Of a stretch of DNA of 62,283 bases, positions 10,394-19,321 are shown in pieces. The number at the start of each line of letters is the position of its first letter. The first letter of the stretch is position 1. Under the pieces are notes generated by a model. That model searched no databases. It was not told the origin of the DNA and saw only the letters and a list, made by a program, of their open reading frames with translations. The stretch comes from a phage. A program made the translations under genes and the position numbers. Location: sequence record PZ793367.1; one strand, 5' to 3'.

Positions 10394-10409
10394 GGGGGCT
10401 TCGGCCCCC
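10394..10409 (+). terminator. GC stem-loop GGGGGC-UUCG-GCCCCC after capsid gene
   Basis: 6-bp all-GC stem with UUCG tetraloop 8 nt after capsid stop; same core as hairpins at 3284 and 53430. Confidence 0.5.
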
Positions 10410-10428
10410 AAATTGAAGGAGAAGTAAC

Positions 10429-10629
10429 ATGGCTCAGAACAAAGCGTACGGTATGCCGATCAACGATAGCGCGACTGGCGTACATGCAAAAGACACTGGC
10501 GACGCAAAATGCGGCCTGTCCAGTCTGGAAAAGTTCAAACCGGAAGAATACCCGGTGACTGAACAGGCTCGCTTCTCTGCGGGTCAACGTAACGAAGACG
10601 TCGGTGGCGGCTTCAAACTCGTACAGTAA
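10429..10629 (+). CDS. hypothetical small virion-associated protein
   Basis: 66-aa ORF with GGAG RBS. Confidence 0.4.
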   Translation: MAQNKAYGMPINDSATGVHAKDTGDAKCGLSSLEKFKPEEYPVTEQARFSAGQRNEDVGGGFKLVQ

Positions 10630-10643
10630 TGGAGGCTCGCTAA

Positions 10644-11045
10644 ATGTACTCTTACGATAAACCGCTGTTAGCCAGCTACAACTACAGTGCGCAGAACTTC
10701 GCATCCAGTCCTGCGATCACTCTGCCTGTATCGGCCATCGCTGAACTGTCTCACGACGCCAGCCGTGTGGTTGAAGGTGCTGTAGTTCTCGGTCTGTCCG
10801 GTGTCTACACTTCCGGTACAGGTACCATCGCTATCGGTGACGGTACTACCACTGACCGTTACGGTGTGTTCACTGTTGACAGCACGTCTGCACCGGGCGG
10901 CCCACTGAAGGGTAAACTGGTGTTGACTGAAGAAGGTTATCACATGGGCGTTTCCAACGACGCCAACACCCCGCAGGTGTTTGTGCTGACCTACTCTGGT
11001 GACGCGGTACTGGCAAGTCTGCAAATCACCGTTGGCCGCTACTAA
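10644..11045 (+). CDS. hypothetical structural protein
   Basis: 133-aa Gly/Thr/Ser-rich ORF with GGAGG RBS, followed by strong terminator. Confidence 0.5.
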   Translation: MYSYDKPLLASYNYSAQNFASSPAITLPVSAIAELSHDASRVVEGAVVLGLSGVYTSGTGTIAIGDGTTTDRYGVFTVDSTSAPGGPLKGKLVLTEEGYHMGVSNDANTPQVFVLTYSGDAVLASLQITVGRY

Positions 11046-11063
11046 TTAGCTGCCCTCCCAAAT

Positions 11064-11092
11064 TGGGGTCGCCTTGTGCGGCCCCTTTTTAT
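11064..11092 (+). terminator. rho-independent terminator
   Basis: 8-bp stem GGGGTCGC/GCGGCCCC with 5-nt loop followed by TTTTTATTAT. Confidence 0.7.
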
Positions 11093-11129
11093 TATGTATC
11101 ATTGGAAGACCTATCTGGAGGAAGTGATT

Positions 11130-11435
11130 ATGAAACCATCATACAATCAGGACGATTCAATTTCGTGGGGCCAGCGTACAGAATTTGACGTTGACGCCAT
11201 GAACAGCCAAATGGATTACGGTCGCATGGGTGATTATTTACCGCCTTCCGACGGTACTCGCGGCGCTGAAGATGACCATCCGAATATTGAGAACTTCAAC
11301 ATTCGTGACGGCTATTTGCAGCACAAAGGTCTGGAATCGTTCCGTCCGCACGATGACTGCGGCACTTCGGTTAAACCGATGTACGATCAGCAGGCTGTGT
11401 ACAAAGGCTATGGAGAAAAGAAACGTGGCTATTAA
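11130..11435 (+). CDS. hypothetical protein
   Basis: ATG with GGAGGAAG RBS; 101 aa. Confidence 0.5.
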   Translation: MKPSYNQDDSISWGQRTEFDVDAMNSQMDYGRMGDYLPPSDGTRGAEDDHPNIENFNIRDGYLQHKGLESFRPHDDCGTSVKPMYDQQAVYKGYGEKKRGY

Positions 11436-11715
11436 ACTCGACAAAACCAAACCGTACGGCGTTATTCGTGGTCAACAGACTGGCGCAGTGAAGCTGGCCT
11501 TCTATCAGAACGGTCACTACTTCGACCCGAAAGGTGAACACGTCGATCTGAATCCCGCTCCGGTTAAAGAGCCTGAAGCGCCAGTGATTCCTGTGAAGGA
11601 ACCGGAGCCGGAAGTACCAGTGGTAATTGAAGAACCAGTGGTGGCTGTGAAGCCGAAAGCGAAAGCTGAAAAACCTAAAGCGCAACTGCCTCCGGGCCTG
11701 CCAACTAAGGAGTAA
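11410..11715 (+). CDS. hypothetical protein with Pro/Glu-rich C-terminus
   Basis: ATG at 11410 overlapping previous ORF; PEPEVPVVIEEPVVAVKPKAKAEKPK tail. Confidence 0.5.
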   Translation: MEKRNVAIKLDKTKPYGVIRGQQTGAVKLAFYQNGHYFDPKGEHVDLNPAPVKEPEAPVIPVKEPEPEVPVVIEEPVVAVKPKAKAEKPKAQLPPGLPTKE

Positions 11716-11718
11716 GAT

Positions 11719-12381
11719 ATGTCGAATACCCTGTTAGGAATGTCTCAACGAGTTGCCCGTGACGCAGGGTATTCCGGCAATATCCAGTCGGTAGCTGTGG
11801 TGTCCGGCGACGCTGCGCGCATTGTGCAGTATGTGAAGGACGCCACCACTTATATTGAAAACCTGTGGGGTGACTGGCGCTTCCTGTGGGGCGGTATGCT
11901 TGAAGGTATCGTCGATGTCGGAGAAACGTCAATCCCCGCACCACTCGGTCACTATCGCTGGGACCAGGCACGTCTTATGTTTGACAATCACCTGGTGTAC
12001 CCGGAACTGTTTCATAACTTCAGCCCGTACAGCACCATGCTGGAAAACGGGTACCCGACTCAGTTTGTCATTATGCCGGACTCATCCATCCAGATGTACC
12101 CGCGTCCTGACAAGCAATTCAACTTTCAATTTTCCTGGTACCGTGAGTCCGTAGAGTTGGTCAACGACTCCGACACTCCGCTGGTACCCGCGCGCTTCTG
12201 CAATACAATCGTGGCCTACGCGCTGTGGCTGTATGCAATGTACGATGACGCGGCGGAACTGGCGGCTAAGTCTCAGGCTGAATACGAAAAATACCTGCGC
12301 CTGCTTGAAGCTGACCAGCGTCCAGACGGTTACCCGACCAACCAGTCGTCCGGCAACTTCTTCTCTATCTCAGCGAGTTAA
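11719..12381 (+). CDS. virion structural protein (tail tube/adaptor-like, tentative)
   Basis: 220-aa ORF with AAGGAG RBS; size and position resemble podovirus tail tubular protein A. Confidence 0.35.
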   Translation: MSNTLLGMSQRVARDAGYSGNIQSVAVVSGDAARIVQYVKDATTYIENLWGDWRFLWGGMLEGIVDVGETSIPAPLGHYRWDQARLMFDNHLVYPELFHNFSPYSTMLENGYPTQFVIMPDSSIQMYPRPDKQFNFQFSWYRESVELVNDSDTPLVPARFCNTIVAYALWLYAMYDDAAELAAKSQAEYEKYLRLLEADQRPDGYPTNQSSGNFFSISAS

Positions 12382-12383
12382 TC

Positions 12384-13787
12384 ATGGCTAATTACGATCG
12401 CTTTGCACTGCAAGGTGGCCTCGACACGGCCACTCCTTATCTCAGCCGTCAACCTGGCACGTTGACAGCCACCACAAACTTCTCACCGGAGACTGACGGC
12501 GGCTATGCGCTGGAAGCAGGATACGAGCGCTTCGACGGTCAGCCAGCGCCGAGCGAGACTGTGGTGTACAGCCTCAACATGACGGATGACGTTACGGGCC
12601 TGCTTCCGGGCGACACAATCACTGGTTCAGTGTCCGGTGCTGTGGCGACGGTCGGTGCGATTTTCGGTAAGGAAATCTGGTGCGATGTCACCAACGGCAT
12701 CAACTTCATGCAGGGTGAGACTGTCAGCGGCAACACCATCGAGTATATCTCGACGGAAGCTATCGACCAGCGCAGCTATAACCCGAACGCCACGCGCACC
12801 ACCATTCTCAAGATGTTACCGCTGGCAGCTAATACGCTGGAAGTTGGCGACGCGTTGCTGGGCTTGTCTTCCGCTGCCACGGTTGCCGTCAACATTATCA
12901 AAGTCACCAACGCTGACATGTGGGTGTACGTATCCACGCTGGCTGGCGCGGTGCAGGTTGGCGAGACGATGGTGAAAGGTGACGGTACCGAGTACAAGGT
13001 TGACGGCGAGTATGAAGTGGAACCGATGCTGGCCTCCCCGGATACTCCCGCAGGTGTCTTCTTCTACCTGAGCGAATTGCGTCGCGCTAAGATTGGCGTG
13101 GTGCCTGGTATCAACAGTGTGCGTGGTGTATGGGATCTGGAAGGTGTCGTTTACTCGTTCCGTGACGCTGACGCCAACAGCACTAAAATGTACCGCAGTA
13201 CCACAACAGGCTGGCAGGAAGTCGACCTGGGCTTTACGATGGGATGGGATACGCGCCCGTCTACCACCACTGACGACGAACTCGGTCCGGGCGATGCAAT
13301 CCGTGGTGTGACGTCCGGCGCTACAGCGACTGTAGGCTGGGTAGGTTACATCGCTCAGGATCACTCGTCCGGCTACCTGACGTTCACCAATGTTACCGGA
13401 ACGTTCCAGGCTGGCGAAGTGATTCACAACGATACATATAACGTTGACATCGGTGAAGTGACAGCGGCGGCCACGCCTAACGTTCTCCCGGCTAACGGTC
13501 TGTACCGCTTCACCAACCACAACTTCTTCGGTGGTCTGAATACGTTCGCAATGTACGGCGTGAACGGTGTGAGCAACGGCTTCGTTTACAACGAGACGCA
13601 TGGCTTCTCCTTTATCCCGACGCAAGCCGACACGGATACCCCGTTCGACGTGGTGGAATACAAGGACCATCTGTTCTTCGCGTTCCCGAAAGGTAGCCTG
13701 CAACACAGCGTGCTGGGTAGCCCGATGGACTGGAGCGGTGGCCTCGGCGCACTGGCGGTCGGCGTAGGTTCCGAAATCTTTCGCTGA
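12384..13787 (+). CDS. virion structural protein with three internal GDxxxGxxSGAxATVG repeats (tail tube/nozzle-like, tentative)
   Basis: 467-aa ORF; repeats GDTITGSVSGAVATVG, GDALLGLSSAATVAV, GDAIRGVTSGATATVG. Confidence 0.35.
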   Translation: MANYDRFALQGGLDTATPYLSRQPGTLTATTNFSPETDGGYALEAGYERFDGQPAPSETVVYSLNMTDDVTGLLPGDTITGSVSGAVATVGAIFGKEIWCDVTNGINFMQGETVSGNTIEYISTEAIDQRSYNPNATRTTILKMLPLAANTLEVGDALLGLSSAATVAVNIIKVTNADMWVYVSTLAGAVQVGETMVKGDGTEYKVDGEYEVEPMLASPDTPAGVFFYLSELRRAKIGVVPGINSVRGVWDLEGVVYSFRDADANSTKMYRSTTTGWQEVDLGFTMGWDTRPSTTTDDELGPGDAIRGVTSGATATVGWVGYIAQDHSSGYLTFTNVTGTFQAGEVIHNDTYNVDIGEVTAAATPNVLPANGLYRFTNHNFFGGLNTFAMYGVNGVSNGFVYNETHGFSFIPTQADTDTPFDVVEYKDHLFFAFPKGSLQHSVLGSPMDWSGGLGALAVGVGSEIFR

Positions 13788-13912
13788 TTCCGGCACCAAA
13801 ATCGCTTATTATTTGTACAGAGAAAGACATCCAAAGTCTTGAGGGGAGCAGCATTGATGACTGGCAAAAAGAGGTTATTACTCAGCATACTGGTATCTCT
13901 AAATTTACTGGG

Positions 13913-14653
13913 GTGTACCAGTCTCAATCACTCGTACTCGCCCAGGCAGGCATCATTAGTATCGACCGGACTGACCAATTTGGTAACTTTAGCGACGGTA
14001 CTATCAGCGACGTCATCAGAGACACCATCGTACCTAACTATTCTCGCTGCACTTGCGCAATGGCAAGGAAGAGTCGAGGGCAGTACCGACTCCACTTTGA
14101 GGGAGACGTCAACATCGCCCTTTCCACTAATCAGGGGAATGTGATCGGCTTCTCGATGTTTGACTACGGCGGTCTGACGGTGCGTGCTGCGGTCAACCCG
14201 TACGGTCGTATCTTCTTCATCTCGGATACCGGATACGTCTATCAGGATTCCGTGGGGGCCAGTAACGATGGTGGTGAACGGTCATCAGTATTCCGTACAT
14301 CCTTCGCCAACCAGGGTGACCCGGATACCCGTAAGCGGTACCGCCGTATGGACATGAGTATCCGCGCGCAATCTTACCTTAACGCGCGTGTCGTTTTCTC
14401 GTACAATAAAGGCGCATCCACTCCGCAGGCATCGGTCGAATCTGGCCTGTTAGTGTCCGGCGGCGGTCGCTGGGATTTGTCGCTGTGGGGGCAGGTCTAC
14501 TGGGATGCCACGGAAAACCCGACAATCTCATCTGATATTGACGGCTTAGGTTTCGACATCAGCACGATGCTGTACATCCGGTCACGAATCCATCCGCAGT
14601 TTACCGCAGAGGATTTATCATTCGAATGGTCACCACGTAGAAAGGTACGATAA
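13913..14653 (+). CDS. virion structural protein, start codon uncertain
   Basis: 246-aa ORF beginning at GTG with no RBS; frame is open from 13721; see finding on candidate -1 frameshift. Confidence 0.5.
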   Translation: MYQSQSLVLAQAGIISIDRTDQFGNFSDGTISDVIRDTIVPNYSRCTCAMARKSRGQYRLHFEGDVNIALSTNQGNVIGFSMFDYGGLTVRAAVNPYGRIFFISDTGYVYQDSVGASNDGGERSSVFRTSFANQGDPDTRKRYRRMDMSIRAQSYLNARVVFSYNKGASTPQASVESGLLVSGGGRWDLSLWGQVYWDATENPTISSDIDGLGFDISTMLYIRSRIHPQFTAEDLSFEWSPRRKVR

Positions 14654-16278
14654 TGGCTAACACTTATTTCAACTACATGGACCCGGTGGAACCGGGCGAC
14701 CGTCTGGAGTCAACAAAATACAACGGCGACTTCTCCGCGATTGCCCGTGCTTTCGACATCCTGCCGTCTCCAGATGCGCTGGCCTCCAACACCGGAAACT
14801 ATGCCCGGTCACAAGGTACATCTACGGCGTACACTGTAACCCTGCCGCGCTTCGATGGTAGCTTCGGTTACATCACTGGTATGCAGGTGTTGCTCAACAT
14901 TCACGTTAACAACACCGGGGCGGCCACGCTCAACATTAACGGACTCGGCCCTAAGCCACTCGTCAACCTGACTACCGCGCTCGGCCCACTGGTGGCTAAC
15001 GATCTGCGTGCAGGCACCATCTATTCCATCCGTTATGACGGTACCCGTTTCCAGGTAGTCAACACTGTTTCCGGTGCGGTAAACGCATCGCAGACCGCAG
15101 CTACCCAGGCAACTACCGCCGCCACAAACGCTGGTACATCCGCCACAAACGCAGCCAATAGTGCCAGCGCCGCAGCGACAAGCGCGAGTAATGCAGCCAG
15201 CAGCGCCAGCGCCGCAGCTTCCGGTGTTACTGCCGCCGCAAACTCTGCCAGCGCCGCATCGACGTCTGCAACCAATGCAGCAAACTCTGCGTCTGCGGCA
15301 AACACATCTGCGGGTAACGCTGCCAGCAGCGCCACGGCAGCATCCGGCAGCGCCACGGCAGCGGCAAACTCCGCTACGGCAGCGGCAGGTAGCGCCAGCA
15401 CGGCTAACACCCGCGCCACGGCAGCGGCAGCAAGTGCTACAGCAGCGGCAAACTCTGCGACTCAGGCAGCGGCCAGTGCTCAGACTGCGCTCGACGCTAT
15501 CGGTGACGCATCGTTCAAAGCGGCGGTGATGGGTGTCCTGTTAACCAGCACGCTGGACGTGGGGACCGTCAAGTTCTATGCGCTGAATATTGATCCGAAC
15601 ACCAAATATCCCGGTACCACCTGGGTACGCCTCCCGGTATCGCAAAGCATCCGTACATCCCTGGCCGACGCAAGTGACGTCATGACCACTGTAGGTGCCG
15701 ACTCGGTAACGCTGGCTGTAGCCAACATCCCGTCGCACAACCACACCGCTACCGTCACCATCAATAACACGGACTTGGGTACTAAGGCGTCAACCAGCTT
15801 TGACTACGGTACTAAAACGTCGAGCGCTCACAACTATGGCACGATCACGATGTCCAGTACGGACCTCGGTACCAAAACTACCAACAGCTATGATTACGGC
15901 GCTGTCACCTCGTCGTCCGCTGGTGCACATACTCACACAGTACCGGTGTACACCGCCCTCGGTACAGCCAACACAATAAAGTCAGCATCCACAGGTAGTT
16001 CAAGTTCAGGTAACGCCGCAACGTCGTCCGCTGGTGCGCATACTCACACGTTCGACCTTCCGTCGCATAACCACACGGTTGCAATCGGTAGTCACAGTCA
16101 CACGATGAACCTGGGTACTCACTCCCACACCGTAGCGGTAGGTAGCCATAGTCACAGCGTGGTCGTAGGGAGTCACACCCACACAACCACAATGACGCTG
16201 GGTAATACCGGTACTGGTCAGGCTTTCAGCATCGTGGCAAAATCTACTATCCTTGTCGGCTGGAGACGTACCGCATGA
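14653..16278 (+). CDS. tail fibre protein 1
   Basis: Ala/Ser-rich collagen-like repeats (NSASAAATSASNAASSASAAAS...), C-terminal His-x-His repeats (SHNHTVAIGSHSHTMNLGTHSHTVAVGSHSHS). Confidence 0.8.
   Translation: MANTYFNYMDPVEPGDRLESTKYNGDFSAIARAFDILPSPDALASNTGNYARSQGTSTAYTVTLPRFDGSFGYITGMQVLLNIHVNNTGAATLNINGLGPKPLVNLTTALGPLVANDLRAGTIYSIRYDGTRFQVVNTVSGAVNASQTAATQATTAATNAGTSATNAANSASAAATSASNAASSASAAASGVTAAANSASAASTSATNAANSASAANTSAGNAASSATAASGSATAAANSATAAAGSASTANTRATAAAASATAAANSATQAAASAQTALDAIGDASFKAAVMGVLLTSTLDVGTVKFYALNIDPNTKYPGTTWVRLPVSQSIRTSLADASDVMTTVGADSVTLAVANIPSHNHTATVTINNTDLGTKASTSFDYGTKTSSAHNYGTITMSSTDLGTKTTNSYDYGAVTSSSAGAHTHTVPVYTALGTANTIKSASTGSSSSGNAATSSAGAHTHTFDLPSHNHTVAIGSHSHTMNLGTHSHTVAVGSHSHSVVVGSHTHTTTMTLGNTGTGQAFSIVAKSTILVGWRRTA
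15100..15470 (+). repeat. in-frame Ala/Ser-rich coding tandem repeats within tail fibre 1
   Basis: Periodic GCx-rich units encoding AANSASAA-type repeats. Confidence 0.6.
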
Positions 16279-17891
16279 GTAACCAATATTACAACTTTAT
16301 CAATCCGGCTGAAGCGGGTACGATTGTCGACCCGTTCGACTACAACCGTGAGATGGAAAAGATCACCGAGGCTTTCTCGGTGGTCCCGCCTGCTTCCCAG
16401 TTAACTTCCGGTACCCTGAACTACTCAACGGATACGGGTACCGGGAACGATCACATCGCCACGCTGGATGACTTTGATACCGACTATGTTGCTGGGAGTA
16501 ACGTTGCACTCCGAATCAATGACGCTTCTACTGGACCGTCTACCCTGAGTGTAAACGGGCTGGCCGCTAAAGACGTCACGCTGTCAGTGTTCGGCGCGGT
16601 GGCGGCAGGTGACCTGTTTGCTGAAGGCGTCTACACGTTCGTATTCAACGGTGAGCGTTTCCAGATTCTGGAGATGGGCGCACGCTATTACACGACAGCC
16701 TTCGAACAGCTTTCGATCGCTCAGGCTAAAGCAGCACTCGCGGCGGCCAGTGAAGCTACGGCACTGAGTGAGCGTAACGCAGCAGCAGCGTCGGCGGCAA
16801 ACGCCCTCGCGTCAGCAAACGCTATTACCGCGTCCAAAAATGCAGCGGCGGGTAGCGCCACGTCAGCGGCGGGTAGCGCCACGTCAGCAGCAAACTCAGC
16901 AACGTCAGCGGCGGGTAGCGCTACGTCAGCAGCAAACTCAGCAACGGCAGCGGCAGGTAGCGCTACGGCAGCGGCGAACTCTGCGACGGCAGCGGCGAAC
17001 TCTGCTACGGCTTCCGACGCCAGCGCAACGGCGGCGGCAAACTCCGCAACGGCGGCGGCAGGTAGCGCGGCGGACGCAGCAACTTACGCGCAGGAAGCTA
17101 TCGACATCGTTAACGCGCCGAACTTTCTCGACCGCGTGCAGGCGGCTGTTCTCGAACTGGAATTGTTCGTCGGTTCCACCGAGTTCTTTGACGCTAACAT
17201 TGATCCGAACGTTAAATATCCGGGTACCACATGGGTGCGTCTACCAGCGTCCACGACTATCCGTATGTCCAACGCAACGGGCACCGACGTGCTGGCCGCA
17301 ACAGGTAGCGACAATGTAGCTTTGACTGTCAGCACCCTACCATCACATAGTCACGCTGTCACAGCGGGTACAGTCAGTTCTACAGACCTCGGTACCGACA
17401 CGCTGGCATCTGTCGACCTCGGTACCGACACGCTGGCTAATTTTACCGACACGGCCAAAACGTCATCCAGTACGGACCTCGGTACCAAAACTACCAGCAG
17501 TTATGATCCTGGTGCAATAGCAACCAACTCCACGGGTGCACACACTCACACAGTCACTCCGTATGCTGCGGAAGGAAGCAACGCGCTTATTAAATCTTCA
17601 GATTTAGGTGCCGTGAAAGCGGGCGACTACACAACATCCTCATCAGGTGCACACACGCACAGCGTCAACCTGGGTGCACACACGCACACTGTAGCGATAG
17701 GTAGTCACAACCACACGTACGCGCTGGGGTCACATACTCATACCGTGGCGCTGGGGTCACATACTCACAACGTTGCTCTCGGTAGTCACAACCACAGCAC
17801 GTCAACATCCGTGACGTCGGTTGGTTCCGGTACGGCGTTCTCCGTGGTAGAATCGTCTCTAATCTTAGTCGCATGGTACAGGAGCGCATAA
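16275..17891 (+). CDS. tail fibre protein 2 (paralogue of fibre 1)
   Basis: Shares N-terminus (YFNYMDP vs YYNFINP), Ala/Ser repeats, HxH repeats and C-terminal LILVxWYR motif with the upstream fibre. Confidence 0.8.
   Translation: MSNQYYNFINPAEAGTIVDPFDYNREMEKITEAFSVVPPASQLTSGTLNYSTDTGTGNDHIATLDDFDTDYVAGSNVALRINDASTGPSTLSVNGLAAKDVTLSVFGAVAAGDLFAEGVYTFVFNGERFQILEMGARYYTTAFEQLSIAQAKAALAAASEATALSERNAAAASAANALASANAITASKNAAAGSATSAAGSATSAANSATSAAGSATSAANSATAAAGSATAAANSATAAANSATASDASATAAANSATAAAGSAADAATYAQEAIDIVNAPNFLDRVQAAVLELELFVGSTEFFDANIDPNVKYPGTTWVRLPASTTIRMSNATGTDVLAATGSDNVALTVSTLPSHSHAVTAGTVSSTDLGTDTLASVDLGTDTLANFTDTAKTSSSTDLGTKTTSSYDPGAIATNSTGAHTHTVTPYAAEGSNALIKSSDLGAVKAGDYTTSSSGAHTHSVNLGAHTHTVAIGSHNHTYALGSHTHTVALGSHTHNVALGSHNHSTSTSVTSVGSGTAFSVVESSLILVAWYRSA
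16770..17060 (+). repeat. in-frame 21/42-bp coding tandem repeats within tail fibre 2
   Basis: gcggcgggtagcgccacgtcagc units repeated, encoding AAGSATSAANSATSAAGSATAAANSAT. Confidence 0.65.
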
Positions 17892-19009
17892 TGTCAGGAT
17901 TAACTAACCCGGCACAGTCGGATAGCACCACTACTAACCAGCCGGATCAGGTGCTCGCTACGAGCACCCCTTCGTCCACGTCCGGTGCGCTGGGTGCGAG
18001 TAATATTCAGAACGACGCGTCGCAGCAGTCGAGCGTGGCCTCGTCAATGGCACAGGCGGCACAACCGCAACAGCAGCAACAGCAGGCTGTACCCGTTGCG
18101 TCACAGCCAGCACCGCAGCAGGTGACCAATGGTGCCGTGGCAAACAACAATAACGCCAACGCCGCCAATAACTACCAGACTGTGGACCAGGCGTACAGCC
18201 AGTTGACCGCACAGAATAGCCCGATGATGCAGCAGGCAGCAGCTACGGCCCAGCGTCAGGCAGCACGTCGCGGTATGGGTAACTCGTCTATGGCTGTCGG
18301 TATGGGTCAGGCGGCCACGGATGCTGCCGCTCAAAACATGGCGTCGCAGATGGCTACCCAGTCGCAGAGTCAGGCCCAGTACAACCGCAGTCAGACGGAA
18401 GCCGAGCGCGCCCAGCAGATTAAGGAAAGTCAGACTGACCGCCAGTTGACGGAAGCCGAACGTGCCGCCCTGGTGCAAGAATCACAAGGTCAACAGCAAA
18501 TCACCAACCAGGCGTCACAGTTCGCACAGTCGCTGGAAGAACAGATTCGTTCCGGTAAGGTGAGTGAAGCGCAGGCCCAGCAGCAGATCAACAACCAGGC
18601 GTCACAGTTCAGCCAAAGCCTGGCCGAGCAAATCCGCTCCGGTAAAGTGAGCGAAGCACAGGCAGCCGAGCAGATTAAGAATCAGGCAGCGCAGTTTAAA
18701 GACTCCCTGAAGCAACAGCAGTTTGAGTTCAATGCCAACCTCGGTCTGGAGAACGCCAAGCTGAAGCAGGACGCCGCGCAGTTCGCAACGTCTATTCAGG
18801 CTAACGCCCGTGGCAGCTATACGGACTCGGTGAACAACCTGTTAAACAACAGTTCGGTGAACATCAACAATATTTCTTCCAACCCGGATTTGACCACGGA
18901 CCAGAAGAACAAGCTGATCTCGCAGGAACTGAGCAACCGTAACAATGACCTGAAGTATTTGCAGTCACTTTATGGTAACGTTACATCCTGGTCCGACAAA
19001 CTGAAATAA
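17891..19009 (+). CDS. Gln-rich virion/internal protein with about 90-bp tandem repeats
   Basis: ATG at 17891 with AGGAG RBS (TAATG overlap); repeats QQITNQASQFAQSLEEQIRSGKVSEAQA x2.5 at 18491-18718. Confidence 0.5.
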   Translation: MSGLTNPAQSDSTTTNQPDQVLATSTPSSTSGALGASNIQNDASQQSSVASSMAQAAQPQQQQQQAVPVASQPAPQQVTNGAVANNNNANAANNYQTVDQAYSQLTAQNSPMMQQAAATAQRQAARRGMGNSSMAVGMGQAATDAAAQNMASQMATQSQSQAQYNRSQTEAERAQQIKESQTDRQLTEAERAALVQESQGQQQITNQASQFAQSLEEQIRSGKVSEAQAQQQINNQASQFSQSLAEQIRSGKVSEAQAAEQIKNQAAQFKDSLKQQQFEFNANLGLENAKLKQDAAQFATSIQANARGSYTDSVNNLLNNSSVNINNISSNPDLTTDQKNKLISQELSNRNNDLKYLQSLYGNVTSWSDKLK

Positions 19010-19018
19010 GGGGCGGCT

Positions 19019-19321
19019 ATGAGTTTCTTCGGTAGTTTTCTCGATACGGCGTCCAGCGCTTTCAACTGGCTGAGCAACAACAAGGCGGCACTGGATTTAA
19101 TCTCCGGTGCTGCAAAAGGTTACGGTGCTTACATGCAGTACAAGCAGGGTAACCAGCAAATGAAATTGATGCAGAAGCAGCAGGAGAACGAGCAGCGTCG
19201 CTGGAATGATACGCACGGTGTCATCGACAGTTACGACAACTCTATCCCTCCGGGGCAGCAGGCTAACTCTGCGTTGCTGTCCGGCAACATGGCCGACGCA
19301 ATGAAACAAGGAGTCAAATAA
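19019..19321 (+). CDS. hypothetical protein
   Basis: 100-aa ORF with AAGGGG RBS. Confidence 0.4.
   Translation: MSFFGSFLDTASSAFNWLSNNKAALDLISGAAKGYGAYMQYKQGNQQMKLMQKQQENEQRRWNDTHGVIDSYDNSIPPGQQANSALLSGNMADAMKQGVK

Noticed and set aside
13839-14144. ORF with a lipoprotein-like N-terminus (MTGKKRLLLSILVSLNLLGC) overlapping the start of the virion gene.
   Set aside because: Beyond the first 20 residues the product is Ser/Thr/Leu-rich like out-of-frame translation. Treated as the possible initiating frame of a frameshifted gene rather than a separate lipoprotein, and left open.
15033-15419. Long antisense and alternate-frame ORFs inside the tail fibre genes (for example 15033-15419 minus, 15161-15529 plus, 16768-17319 plus).
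   Set aside because: They are artefacts of GC-rich Ala/Ser codon repeats that stay open in several frames; their products are Ala/Arg/Gln homopolymer-like and they overlap well-supported fibre genes.
15100-17060. Possible CRISPR-like array suggested by regularly spaced 21/42-bp repeats.
   Set aside because: The repeats are in-frame coding repeats within tail fibre genes, contiguous without unique spacers, and no cas genes or leader are present.
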